Below the pieces are notes generated by a model. That model saw nothing but the letters and a program-made list of their open reading frames with translations. It was not told the origin of the DNA and did not search any database. The translations under genes were made by a program, and so were the position numbers. 64,000 bases of DNA, taken from Hemiscyllium ocellatum. Lineage: Eukaryota. Within the stretch, counting starts at the first letter, position 1. Every line of letters starts with the position of its first letter. Below are positions 1-11,601 of the stretch, one piece after another. The stretch covers positions 95,938,080 to 96,002,079 of the forward strand of contig NC_083410.1 of the NCBI RefSeq assembly GCF_020745735.1, read 5' to 3'.

Positions 1-102
1 TGGCAAATAAGACTAGATTGGGTTGGGATATCTGGTCGGCATGGACGGGTTGGACTGAAGGATCTGTTTCCGTGCTGTACATCTGTATGACTCCATGACT
101 CT
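1..102 (+). mobile_element. CR1-clade LINE 3' tail
   Basis: Same 3' end as 7965-8318 and 31620-32022, finishing in (atgactct)n. Confidence 0.8.
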
Positions 103-127
103 ACAGTCATCTGGTTGAGCACTTAAA

Positions 128-219
128 ATGAAGGGCTTTTGCCCAAAACGTAATTTTTCTTCCTCAGATGCAGCCTGACCTGCTGTGCTTTTCTAGCACC
201 ACTCCATTCTTGACTCTAG
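128..219 (+). mobile_element. PLE family A terminal-repeat fragment (decayed hammerhead)
   Basis: atgaagggcttttgcccaaaacg...gcctgacctgctgtgcttttc, matching the repeat at 35684-35812. Confidence 0.75.
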
Positions 220-242
220 TTTTAGTATTTGTTAATTAACAT

Positions 243-608
243 AGTACTAGCTTTCAGACCGCTGCTCCTTCATCACTGGGGCAAGATCATGAGACACAGA
301 ATTGATAGCTCCTGCTTTCCTGCATCTCTGCAGAAACTTGATATCTGTGTCGATATGCATGATCTTCTGGGAGATCCTCTCCACCTTGAACTGGTCGTTG
401 GTGGTGTCGATGGTAGCCATGATGGAGGTGCCAGTATTGCGGGGGTGGACAAAGTTAAAAATCACACAAGAAAGCGGGAGCTATCAATATTGTGTTTTAT
501 GATCCTGCCCCACTCGTTACCTGATGAAGGAGCGATGCCCTGAAAGCTAGTACTTCCAAATAAAGCTGTTGAGCTATAACCTGGTGCTGTGTGATTTTTA
601 GCTTAGTC
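243..608. mobile_element. PLE family B fragment: 5' ORF start on - strand plus pseudo-LTR pieces with hammerhead motifs
   Basis: The minus-strand ORF from ATG at 420, MATIDTTNDQFKVERISQKIMHIDTDIKFLQRCRKAG, resembles a PLE N-terminus. There is a hammerhead motif at 521-549 (+) and a decayed one near 246-276 (-). The repeat is shared with 39893-40109, 41650-41725 and 63010-63160. Confidence 0.7.
518..552 (+). ncRNA. Minimal type I hammerhead ribozyme motif (PLE family B)
   Basis: tac-CTGATGA-a-ggagcgatgccct-GAAA-GCTA-gta. Core intact, stem I tac/gta, palindromic AGCT stem III, stem II imperfect. Confidence 0.6.
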
Positions 609-629
609 AGCATAGACATGATGGGCTGA

Positions 630-766
630 ATGTTTATAACTCTCTCCTCTAAGACTATGATCATGAGGATCAGAAATCCAGAATACCCAGAATACCCAGT
701 TGTATGTTTATAACTCTCTCCTCTAAGACTATGATCATGAGGATCAGAAATCCAGAATACCCAGAA
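630..766. repeat. Local tandem duplication, 63 bp identical, period 74
   Basis: 630-692 equals 704-766. Confidence 0.95.
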
Positions 767-893
767 ATCAAAAACATCAAGCAAGCCAGTTACCACTGAC
801 CTACTTAGTCTGCAGCTGTAATGGCAGGAAGAGACAACAGCAAATTTAAAGAAGTCCAGTGAAAGAGTCTTACAGAAGGAAAATCAGGAAAAT

Positions 894-1995
894 GTTGCGA
901 CCCACTTGGGAAAGTGTGCTGAGACTTGAGCCCCTCTAATGCTGGGCTTGTTACAAAATGTAAAGATTTAATCCAAATAAGCAAAATCCCCTGATTTGCC
1001 TGCCTGATGGAATCAGACAACACAGCCAAGGTATGTATGCGTAACACGCACTACTGTTTACTGTGTGTTGAGAGTGTGCTGCTGGAAAAGCACAGCTTAT
1101 TCCCAAACTGTCAATTCTCCTGCTCCTCGAATACTGCCTGACCTGCTGTGCTTTTCCAGCACCCCACTCTCGACTCTGATCTCCAACATCTGCAGTCCTC
1201 ACTTTCTGCTGCTGTTTATTGTGAACAAGCTTCAGCCACAGGCAGACAAAATAACTATCAGATTATAACTCTACCAGCTAAAACCCTCATCCGTTTTAAC
1301 CCCCTACACACGCACTCATAGAGGCAGACATAACCAAACAGGAAGAACGTTGGGGGTTTTGGGTGGAGGGCTGAAGCACAGTTCAGTTGCACCAGTTCAC
1401 GCAGTTTGATGAGGTATCCCTTTTGTTTCCCAAGACCTTTTGTTATTCAATCCCTTTCACTGGATTCTTCCACTTTTTTGCAGAAGGCACAGGGTGATTG
1501 GTACACTGACTGCAAAGTCTCTTAGTTATTGATTAAAGGAAACAGCTCACAGCAACCTTTACTGCAGAGCAGTAGAGACAGAATCTGGTCTTCCAGCAGT
1601 CTAGAGGCTTCTCAGTCCCGACTGTAAACCCCCAAGCTGTTCATCCAGTTAGGAGACTATCTGAAAGCCGTCATCAGGCCGATAACTTCCAGCATCCATG
1701 ACTGATCACATTTGTAGAAACCAATCAGCTACCTACTGCTGGCAGGCCCACTCTCATCACACACGCTGCAGTGCAATGCTGTGTTATCTCATCTTCCCCC
1801 CCACTACTTGACCAAAGCAACAATGTAAACACAACGCACAATGAGTTCTGGTAACTTATTTTCTAACGTGCAGTAATTCCTTCCCAGTCCTTTGTTACAA
1901 AAACATTTCCCATTTTATCCCATAATTAAAAAAGAAGTTAAAAAGCTGCAGTCTGTAAAAGAAATGAAAGCATTAAAAGGGCCAGGACTCAGTAA
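894..1995 (-). mobile_element. Probable solo LTR, interrupted by a PLE repeat
   Basis: tgttgcgac...cagtaac termini and AATAAA on the - strand near 1216; no clear TSD. Confidence 0.35.
1066..1207. mobile_element. PLE family A inverted short insertion
   Basis: Short - arm followed by a + arm ending cctcactttct; approximate TSD ctgttta(c/t)tgtg. Confidence 0.8.
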
Positions 1996-2399
1996 CTTAG
2001 AGCAATTTCAGTGTAAAGTTTTATAAAGGCTGCAAACAGAGAACTTTATTTAAGCCTTTGTGCAGAAGAGAATCGTTGATAACTTAGACCTGAAAAGGCA
2101 GAACCGTGCCCATTTTATCCTAGAGGAAGCAGGAAAACCCCATCTCAGCTGCAGAAAGTGGGAAACCGCTGGAAAAATCAGGTTGCCACCATTTAGGATG
2201 CCAATGAAGGTAGGAAAACCCTGAAAATATTGGAAAAAGCCCAGATAGCAGTGCAGAGATGCAGTGTTAGAAAGAAATAGATTTTAAAAGATGTGAAAAC
2301 AGTTGGATACTACAGAACAGCAGGAATACAATTTCATAATTATTAAAGAATTTAATACAGTATTATAGATATGCAGAGTTAAAATGAATGAGAAATAAA

Positions 2400-3870
2400 G
2401 GAAACACTGCTGTGTACAAAGTCCAGTGAGATCTACAATCATTCAACGTAAAACAACATTGATGACTATGCAAATACAAACTGAAAGAGAAGGTGATTTA
2501 AAACAATATTGAATTACACAGATTTCAAGTATGTCTAGTAATATGATCCATCAGCACAGTGAAAATAAATGGAAAAGATACAATGCTCACAAGTAGATTG
2601 AAGGTCACAGAAAGACCATGCAAAACATGGGATTGGACTTCATGAAGGTGACAATTGGTACAGTGTAGCATTGTCTAAAAATCAAAAGCTGAGTACAAAA
2701 ACAGAATTTAGCTCAAGGCTTGGGTAAAGGTTCGTAGCTTGGGTGCTAGTTGCCATGGTTGTGGGTATGTTCACCGAGCTGGGAAGTTGATTTGCAAATG
2801 TTTCATCCCCCATCTCGGTGACATCCTCAGTGCTTTGAAGCCTCCTGTGAAGCGCTGCTGTACTGTGTCTTCTGGAATTTACTTGGTTCCATTCCTGCCG
2901 TTTCCAGTTGCCGGTTCTAGTTGTAGTGGCCGGTATATTGGGTCTAGGTCAATGTGTTCGTTGATGGAGTCCATCGATGAGTGCCATGCTTCTAGGAATT
3001 CTCTGGCTGTTCCCTGTTTGGCCTGTCCTATGATCATTGTGTTGTCCCAATGGAATTTGTGGTCCTTGTCATCTGTGTGTATGGCTACTAGGGACAGCTG
3101 GTCATGGCGTTTAGTGGCTAGTTGGTGTTTGTGGATGCGGATTGCTCGTTGTCAGCTTCTTGGTCCTACATAGTGTTTTGTGCAGCCTTTGCATGGAATC
3201 CTGTAAATTACATACACATGATGGGTGTAGGGCCTTTCGTCCTGCTGAGTTGTCTGAGCACGGCTGTCAGTTTATGAGCTCTCATGTGGTCGGAGAACTT
3301 AGGAATTAGTCACAAAGCTGCAGAAAAGGAGGAATTTACACACACAAAGAGCTCAATGTGGTACAGCAATCTCCACTCAGAAAGATAACCAAGGCATTCA
3401 TTGGCAAAGTAGATGATCCCAACAATCTGGGTTGTATTGAACTTGTTCATTTTAGTGAACACCCTGTTAAAATATACTGCCAACCACGCAGTACTATTAG
3501 ACTAAGTTACCTTGACTGGAAAGACAGATCTGCAAAAATGATCTATTGTGTGTGGAATAGCAGTCAGAAGCAGAGGAATACCACAGCTTACATTGTGACA
3601 CAATATAGATAAGAACGATAAACATGTGAATGTTGATTGCAACCGATTTTCTTCACTTTTGAGCCTGTCACCTCTCTCGTGACTTCAAACTTCCTCAAAG
3701 GTGCAGAAGGGGTTTGACCACCTCCCTGTGAAAAACAGGTCCAAGAACAAACTGTTATCGACTGTCCAATCAACGGCAACTGGGAGAAACGTATTCAGGC
3801 TTCCGAGGTCCATGATGGAACCCATAAAGAAGAAAGAGCCTATTGAGGTTTCCTACCGAGATATTAAAGA
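2400..3870 (+). mobile_element. Very old RTE-like LINE relic (interrupted by a PLE)
   Basis: Decayed DFKY motif near 2521 and a C-terminal RP..SYRDIK-like motif near 3830-3870. Confidence 0.3.
2715..3290 (-). mobile_element. Degenerate PLE family C 3' fragment (GIY-YIG end plus pLTR)
   Basis: Collinear diverged homolog of 20378-20990. Confidence 0.9.
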
Positions 3871-3879
3871 AATGACCAT

Positions 3880-4290
3880 CAGATTGTAAATATAGGAGCA
3901 GAATTAGGCCATTTGGATAGTTGAGTCTGTTCCACCATTTGATCATGGCTGATATGTTTCCGAAACTTATTCTCCTATCTATTCCCTTGAAATTCTCCAT
4001 TCCCTTACTAATCAAGAACCTATCTATCTCTGTTTTAAATGCATTCAAAAATTTGGCTGTGCCAATGAGTCCCACAGATTCTTCTGGCTGAAGAAATTCC
4101 TCTTCATCTCAGTTCTAAAGGGTCGTCCTGTCCCTCTGAGACTATGCCCTTGGATCCTAGTCTCCCCTACTTTTGGAAGTGGAAACACCTTCCCATGTCC
4201 ACTCTATCCAGGCCTCTCAGTATTCTGTAAGTTTCAATGAGATCTACCCCCTCCTTCCTTCCAAATTCATGTTGAGATCCAAACTCCTCG
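3880..4290 (-). mobile_element. CR1 LINE 3' fragment
   Basis: DLIETYRILRGLDRVD and FKTEIDRFLISKG on the - strand. Confidence 0.9.
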
Positions 4291-4623
4291 ACCGCTCTTC
4301 GTATCACTACAGGAAGCAGAATCAGTGCCGAGCAAACCACAGGACGTCCAGTCAAATTCTACGTAAGTAACCGAGTGACCAAGACTGTGGTTCCAATGCT
4401 GGTATTGTGTGGAAGGATGACCAAATTAAAAAGAAAACAGCAAATTAACTAAGAGTATGGATTCTAAGCACTGACAATGTCTCACACTCCTGGAGTCCTT
4501 ACCAGTGTATGATGTAAGACTAGTTCTATCAGCTTCTCTTTGAGAAGGTGTGTTGCCAAGGATACTCCAGGAGCACTGGACGAGGTGATGGCCTATTGGT
4601 ATTATTGCTGGACTTAATCCACA

Positions 4624-5060
4624 GAGGCGAAAGTGAGGACTACAGATGCTAGAGATTAAAGTCGAGAGTGTGGTGCTGGAAAAGCACAACGGGTCAGGCA
4701 GCATCCGAGGAGCAAGAGAATCAACGTTTCAGGCAAAAGCCCTTCATCAGGAATGAGGCTGGGAGCCTCGGGGTGGTGGAGAAATAAATGGGGTGGGGGG
4801 GGGGGGGCGCTGGTGGGAAGGTAGTTGAGAGTTTTAAATGTATTCAAAACTTGGCCTCCACAGCCCTCTGCGGAAATGGGTTCTACAGATTAAGCACCCT
4901 CTGGCTGAAGAAATTCCTCTTCATCTCAGTTCTAAAGGGTTGTCCCGTCCCTCTGAGGCTGTGCCCTCGGATCCTAGCCTCCCCTACTCTTGCAAGTGGG
5001 AACATCTTCCCATGTCCACTCTATCCAGGCCTCTCAGTATTCTGTAAGTTTCAATGAGAC
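4624..5060 (-). mobile_element. Chimeric insertion: CR1 fragment fused to a PLE family A 3' end
   Basis: TSD taatccaca at 4615-4623 and 5061-5069; PLE part 4624-4830 with a hammerhead at ~4723-4750; CR1 part 4830-5060. Confidence 0.75.
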
Positions 5061-5105
5061 TAATCCACACACCCCAGGTAATGTTCTGGGACCTTGGGTT
5101 GAGTC

Positions 5106-5783
5106 CGTGATTTGCAGGTTGAGTCAGTGATTAAGAAAGCGAATGCAATGTTGTCACTTATCTCAAGAGGGTTGGAATATAAAAGCACCGTTGTGCTACT
5201 GAGACTTTATAAAGCTCTGGTTAGACCCCATTTGGAGAACTGTGTCCAGTTTTGGTCCCCACACCTCATGAAGGACATACTGGCACTGGAACGTGTCCAG
5301 CGGAGATTCACACGGATGATCCCTGGAATGGTTGGTCTAACATATGAGGAACGGCTGAGGATCCTGGGATTGTATTCATTGGAGTTTAGAAGATTAAGGG
5401 GAGACTTAATAGAAACTTACAAGATAATACATGGCTTGGAAAGTGTGGACGCTAGGAAATTGTTTCCTTTAGGCGAGGAGACTAGGACCCGTGGACACAG
5501 CCTTAGAATTAGAGGGTGTCAATTCAGAACAGAAATGCGGAGACATTTCTCTAGCCAGAGAGTGGTGGGCCTGTGGAATTCATTGCCACAGAGTACAGTG
5601 GAGGCCGGGACGCTAAATGTCTTCAAGGCAGAGATTGATAGATATTTGATGTCTCGAGGAATTAAGGGCTACGGGGAGAATGCTGGTAAGTGGAGTTGAA
5701 ATCCCCATCAGCCATGATTGAATGGCAGAGTGGACTCGATGGGCCGAATGGCCTTACTTCCACTTCTATGTCTTATGGTCTTA
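5106..5783 (+). mobile_element. Young 5'-truncated CR1 LINE with open C-terminal ORF2
   Basis: ORF 5112-5699 LYKALVRPHLENCVQFWSP...RRLRGDLIETYKI...WNSLP; tail tcttatggtctta. Confidence 0.95.
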
Positions 5784-6284
5784 AATCCTGTCACAGCAGC
5801 TGGTGGAATTTGAATTCAATAAAAATCTGGAAGTAAGATTCTAATGATGACCATGAATCCATTCGTAATGTTTGGAAAAACCCCTCTGGTTCACTAATGT
5901 CCTTTAGGGAAGGAAACTGCCATCCTTACCTAGTCTGGCCTACATGTGACTCCAGACCCACAGCAATATGGTTGACTCTTCAATGCCCTCTGGGTAACTG
6001 GGGATGAGCAATAAATACTGGTCCTGGCCAGTGGCGTCCTCATCCTATGAATGAATTTTTTAAAAACTCAGAAAATATTAGGTGTCTAGCCAAGGCTCAG
6101 TTAGTGGTATGATGGGCAGAGATTTCAGAAGAGCTTGAGGATGTCAGGTCCAGAAAATACTGCTGTCAATACCAAAGGCAGGTCAGAAGCAAAAACCCGA
6201 CAGACTTGTGAGAAGAAGAATGTGTAGCACAGCCCACGCAGGAATCTTGCATTGGTCATTGTCAGACAACAGAACAGTCAATGC

Positions 6285-6572
6285 TATGGAATCTCTACAG
6301 TGTGGAAGCAGGCCATTTGACCCATCGTGTCTGCACTGACTGGCCAAAGAAAATCCCAACCTTATTTCCTGTAATCCTGCGTTTACTAATCCACCTATTC
6401 CACATCCCTGAACACTATTTAGCCTGGCCAATCCATCTGATGTGCACATCTTTGGATTGTGGGAGGAAACTGGAGCACCTGGAGGAAACCCATGCAGACA
6501 CAGGGGTGGATTCAAACCTGGGTCGCTGGCGCTGTGAGGCAGCAGTGCTAACCACTGAGCCACCTGTGCTGC
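6285..6572 (-). mobile_element. HE1/V-SINE type tRNA-derived SINE
   Basis: Reverse complement of the 62223-62541 family; A box and central gggtttcctcc...ggtttcctccc domain. Confidence 0.9.
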
Positions 6573-6734
6573 CCTTGGATAGAGATCATGCGAAATGAGC
6601 TGCCATCTTTCAGTCATGAAACTTACAAACTGATCAAGTCTTCTTTACCCGTCAACCACCAAGAGGGACGAGAGACTTCCTGCCTGATCAACAATCCGAG
6701 AGAGATAACCTCCATTTAATTCCATCAGAATGAC

Positions 6735-7389
6735 TGTAATGCCCACAGCCCCTGGCATAGTCAAGAAGAACAAAACCCCTGGTCTAAGCCTATTCGGGAT
6801 GCTGAGAAAAGCAATTAAAAAGTGACTGGTTGATCCATGAATCCAAATATCAAAATGTTTCTGGAATGTTAGCAGGAAGGGAAGTGTGGATTATGAGAAA
6901 AATGTGATATCTCTAGACCACCTGCATTTGACCAGACGCTTAGAGATGAGGCAGTGGTAAGTGTAAAAGAGTTATATTCATGATTATATAAAGGGGTTAA
7001 TTAGTGGGGGAATACTTGGGGAAAGTTGTTGCATTTGGTAATGGTTCCAAGGAAGCTAGTATTCATATTACACTGGCTCCACCCATTCTACTGATGTCAC
7101 ACACCGTATGTGGGTTGAGGCAAGGAGTTCTATTCTGACTTTTAGAAGGAGCCGAAATACCAGTGACAGCTCCCTAAGGTCCAGATTACACCTGATCAAA
7201 TATTGCTGTACTTATTGTTGTTGTGTAATAAACCACCTTGTTATCTCAGAACAGTGCCTTATATGTAGCTAACTCGCAGTGGTGTCTATATCCTCTACCA
7301 CTACTCACTAGACAGACCCAAAACAAAGCAACGAGAAAGGAGGATTGGGGACAGCGAACTACCTCAAATAACCCTTACCCAGTAGCACA
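6735..7389 (+). mobile_element. Possible solo LTR
   Basis: TG...CA ends, TATA-like tatataaa near 6985, AATAAA near 7227; no TSD seen. Confidence 0.25.
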
Positions 7390-7964
7390 TAATAGAGTTG
7401 GCAAATCCCAGCTGGAGGAAGAAACGCAATGGCAGTTCTTGCTCATGCTTGACCGGCTGACCTGAGACTTCATGGAGGCCAGAGTAAATGTAGAGGACTC
7501 CCAGGGCCACTCCCTCCTGACTGTGTAACACTGTCCTATGTCCTGTTGATCTGACAGGGCATACCAACAGGATGATAGCGTTAGCTGAGAGACATGATTC
7601 TGTGAATATGAATGCATCAGTTACTGTTCATTGACTTGTCAGTGGGACAACTTTCGGAGTTGTGATGACAGCCCCCTGATGTTAGTGATTTTTTGTTTTC
7701 ATTCATTCAGAGGGTATGGGTCTTGCTGGGCTGGGCCAGCATTTAAAGCTAAACCTCAATCTAAATCTAGATTTAGGTTTTATTGTTACGTGTACTCAAA
7801 TATGAGGTATAACAGTACAGTTGAAAGTGTACAATGCCACCACACACACAGTACCCCGGAATAAAACCTTAGCCTACACTAATAGGAAAATAAAGAAATA
7901 AATGAATCAGTTCAGCACTACAGTCTTCTTAGCATCAAAGTAGAAAAATCAATAAATTTAAACA

Positions 7965-8318
7965 ATCATGAGGGGCATGAATAGGATCAATAGACAAGGT
8001 CTTTTACCTGGATTGGGGGTGTCCAGAACGATAGGGCATAGGTTTAGGGTGGGAGGGAAAGATTTAAAAGGGACCTAAGGGGCAACGTGTATGGTGGTAC
8101 GTGTATGGAATGAGCTGCCAGGAGAAGTGCTGGAGGCTGGTACAATTACAACATTTATAAGGCATCGGGATGGGTATATGAATAGGAAGGGTTTGGAGAG
8201 ATATGGGCCAAGTGCTGGCAGATGAGACTAGATTGGATTGGGATATCTGGTCGGCATGGACGGGTTGGACCGAAGGGTCTCTTTCTGTGCTGTATGTCTC
8301 TATGACTCTATGAGTCTA
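7965..8318 (+). mobile_element. CR1 LINE 3' fragment
   Basis: VWNELP-type coding end and atgactct tail. Confidence 0.9.
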
Positions 8319-8559
8319 ATATAGTGCTTTCTTAAGCCATGGACCTACAGACACTCCAAGCTGGGCTTTCTCCAAGAGGGTTCACTCTCCCCCAACACTG
8401 CCCATGCTCCATCGCTGCCATTACCTCCATGCCCTCCGAAAGTTAAGTAAGAAACACACAAAACTAAAAAGAGAGCTGAGAAAAGAAGGTAAAAATCAGA
8501 AAGAAGAAGGGAAAGCAAGCAGAATAGATGAGATCTGGGCTTGAGACCCTGAAGGCTGC

Positions 8560-9530
8560 ATTTATTCCCTATCCCTGGTTGAGCTTGAGAGAGTGGTGCT
8601 GTGATGCCTTCTCAAACCTCTGCAGTCAATCAGGTGGACTCACAATGCTATTAGGCAAGGAGCCAGCCACAGTGAAGGAAAGACGATATATCTCCAAGTC
8701 AAGACGGTGAGTGGCTCGGAGGGGAACTTTCACGCAATGCTGTTCCAACGTATCTACCATCTTTTCCGTTCTAGATGTTTTTGACTGTGGATTTGGAAGG
8801 TGTTGTCCGAGGACTCTGGGTGAACTAATGAAGTGCATCTTGTAGATGGTACACACTGTGACTGAACATAGGTTCAGATTTCAGATTTTCAGATTTTATT
8901 TATTGGCAGGTGTACAGGAGTATAGTGAAAAGTTGACAGAGTCACCAGTCTCCGGCACCATCTTAGAAGGCAATAGTTGGAATTAAAAACATGAGCAGAA
9001 ATTACAGAATCAGAAAGGAAAGGAGAAGGAAACCTCCTGATCACCCTCCCCGCCACTGCTATGAGTCTTTAACCAGGCTGACTAATCTCACCTGCACTGG
9101 ATCCATCAGCACTCTCTGCGCTGGAGTGCTAGAGGGAGTGGGTGTTTGTGAATGTGGTGCTAGTCAAGTGGACTGCTTTGTCCTGGATAGTGACAAGCAT
9201 TTGAGTGTTGTTGGATCTGCACTCATCCAGACAAGTGGGAGTATTCCATCACACTCCTGACCTGTGCCTTTGTAGATGATGGACAGGCTTTAAGGAGTCA
9301 GGGGGTGAGTTACTAGCCGCAGTATTCCTGTCTGCCCATCTGCTCCTGTCTCCCCACTGTTTATACAACAAGCCCAGTTCTGTTTCTGGTCAGTGGGTCA
9401 GGCCCAGGTTCTGGACAATGGGGGGACATTCAGTGATGGTAATGCCATTGAAGCCGGCAATTCATGTGAGGAGGGCGTTGCAGGGTTGACTGGGCAATAT
9501 GTCCCTTTCTTTGATGGCCATCTTTTGTGA
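8560..9530 (-). mobile_element. L2-like LINE 3' region, decayed and interrupted
   Basis: Homologous to 41390-41770; VAGSLPNSIV motif on the - strand. Confidence 0.6.
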
Positions 9531-11517
9531 ACTGCTCCCAGCTTTACAATGCCTTCTCTGAATTCTTGAACTTCATGTGCATTCTCTCCCTCTTTATTCC
9601 ACTACTGGTGTCACGCAGTCACCTTATTAGGCCTCACATTCCAGATACCCTTCCCAACTTCTTCAGACTTTCTGCCTTTCTCCCCTTTGTTAAGATCCTA
9701 CTGACAATCTATTCCTTTGATTAGGCCTTTGGTCACCCTTCACAAATGTCTCCTTGACTGTCTTGGCATCCATTTGGTCTGATCACCCTTCCGGGAAGCA
9801 CTTTGGTGTGTACTGAGAGTGTGCACCTCAAAAGTGCTAGATGAATGCAGCAACAACTCACTGTAAAATAGTGCCTTTAATGTCCCAAGGTACTTTACGG
9901 GAACATTGTCACACAATATTTGATTTCTAAAGAGGTCTTCAACAGGCAAACCAATGTTTGGCAGAGTTGGACTGAAAGGGACCTGTTTCCATGCTTATAA
10001 ATCTCAATGACTCAATAATAAAAGATGTAAGAAAGATGCAGGGACTTAAGGAGGGTATTCCAAAACTTAGCATCAAAGCAGGTGAAGGAATAACTGCATG
10101 CGGTTATGGAATTAAAATTGAGAAGGGACAAAGTACAGTCAATTTTTTAAAAAACTCTCACCTCAAACATCCAACTCATGATTCACGCAGTAAGGAAGAT
10201 CAAGTGGCTAACTTGCCTCCTCCTCACTTGACCCAACTTTCTGCTGTTGAGGTGGCGGGCACAAAACTTGCTCGCGCGTCAGCTGGCATGAGCTGGCGTG
10301 AGCTGCTCCCTACTTGGGACAATGCCAGGCTAACGTGTCCAGAATAAGGGAACATTGCTACTTTGTTTTGACCACACTTGGCCAATTCCTTCTCCAAGAT
10401 CCTCTCCACAGTGGCACCTTAAGTGGTCCAGGCCACTTTGATCACTCACTTCAAAGCACATTCTGTACTCTCACTGACAAACTGCAGGTAATAAGTGAGC
10501 CATTTCAATAATAGAACTTCAAATAAATGTTATAACGTTTTCTTCTTTAAAAATGAGTACAAAAGAAAGCCCAGATAGTGTTTTTCTTTAATTTAAGATT
10601 TACACAGGGCACTTTGGTTACGCATGGCAGCACCGACACAATAAGTTTGTGCCCAAGGACTCTATATAGACAGGGACCTTAGTCCAGTTCCAACGTTAAA
10701 ATCAGGTCACATGTCTTGCCCTTGCACCTTTTTGATTTGAGTTCGTCTCCTCCGGCAACAAGATTATACTGAAGTGTTTAATATGCTTCCCAGATTTCAA
10801 GATGGAGATTCCCCCCTTACGGAAGCTTTGTAGTCATGTCTCTGTTTCTTTCACTGTATAAGTCAGTCAGGAAGTGGCACATGAGCTTTGTTCAGAGATG
10901 TCGCAATGCCAGTATAGGTGGGTGTGAGGTCAGCTGATGTAACACGATAAACTTGACCCAGAGCCAGGAAGAACAGAAATCAAAAATCTAACAGAGTAAA
11001 TCTGTTTCACTGGGCAGACTGAGACCTACGTATTGCTGTCTCTTATACTGTTAAGAATAATGGGCCTATACCATTACAGTGAGTTGTTGCTGCATTCATC
11101 TAGCACTTTTGAGGTGCACACTCTCAGTACACTCCAAAGAGCTTCCCGGAAGGGTGATCAGACCAAATGGATGCCAAGACAGTCAAGGAGACATTTGTGA
11201 AGGGTGACCAAAGGCCTAATCAAAGGAATAGATTGTCAGTAGGATCTTAACAAAGGGGAGAAAGACAGAAAGTCTGAAGAATTTGGGAAGGGTATCTGGA
11301 ATGTGAGGCCTAATAAGGTGACTGTGTGACACCAGTGGTGGAATAAAGAGGGAGAGAATGCACATGAAGTTCAAGAATTCAGAGAAGGCATTGTAAAGCT
11401 GGGAGCAGTTCACAAAACATGGCCATCAAAGAAAGGGACATATTGCCCAGTCAACCCTGCAATGCCCTCCTCACATGAATTGCCGGCTTCAATGGCATTA
11501 CCATCACTGAATGTCCC
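9423..11517. repeat. Long inverted repeat with 444-bp arms (9423-9866 and 11074-11517)
   Basis: Direct sequence comparison shows only scattered substitutions; near-identical ORFs 9527..9724(+) and 11216..11413(-). Confidence 0.97.
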
Positions 11518-11601
11518 ATTATTCTTAACAGTATAGGAGACAGCAATACGTGGGTCTCAGTGTGCCCAGTGAAACAGATTTGCTCTGTTAGATTTTTGAT
11601 T
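10978..11601. repeat. Second inverted repeat with 87-bp arms (10978-11064 and 11515-11601) enclosing the inverted copy
   Basis: aatcaaaaatctaacagag...aagaataatggg versus its reverse complement, 4 mismatches. Confidence 0.95.

Larger units (their letters stand above)
4582..6065 (+). mobile_element. tRNA-derived SINE (second family) split in three by nested insertions at 4624-5060 and 5106-5783
   Basis: Pieces 4582-4623, 5061-5105 and 5784-6065 join into the same SINE as 30510-30780, 34230-34570 and 57630-57965. Confidence 0.8.
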
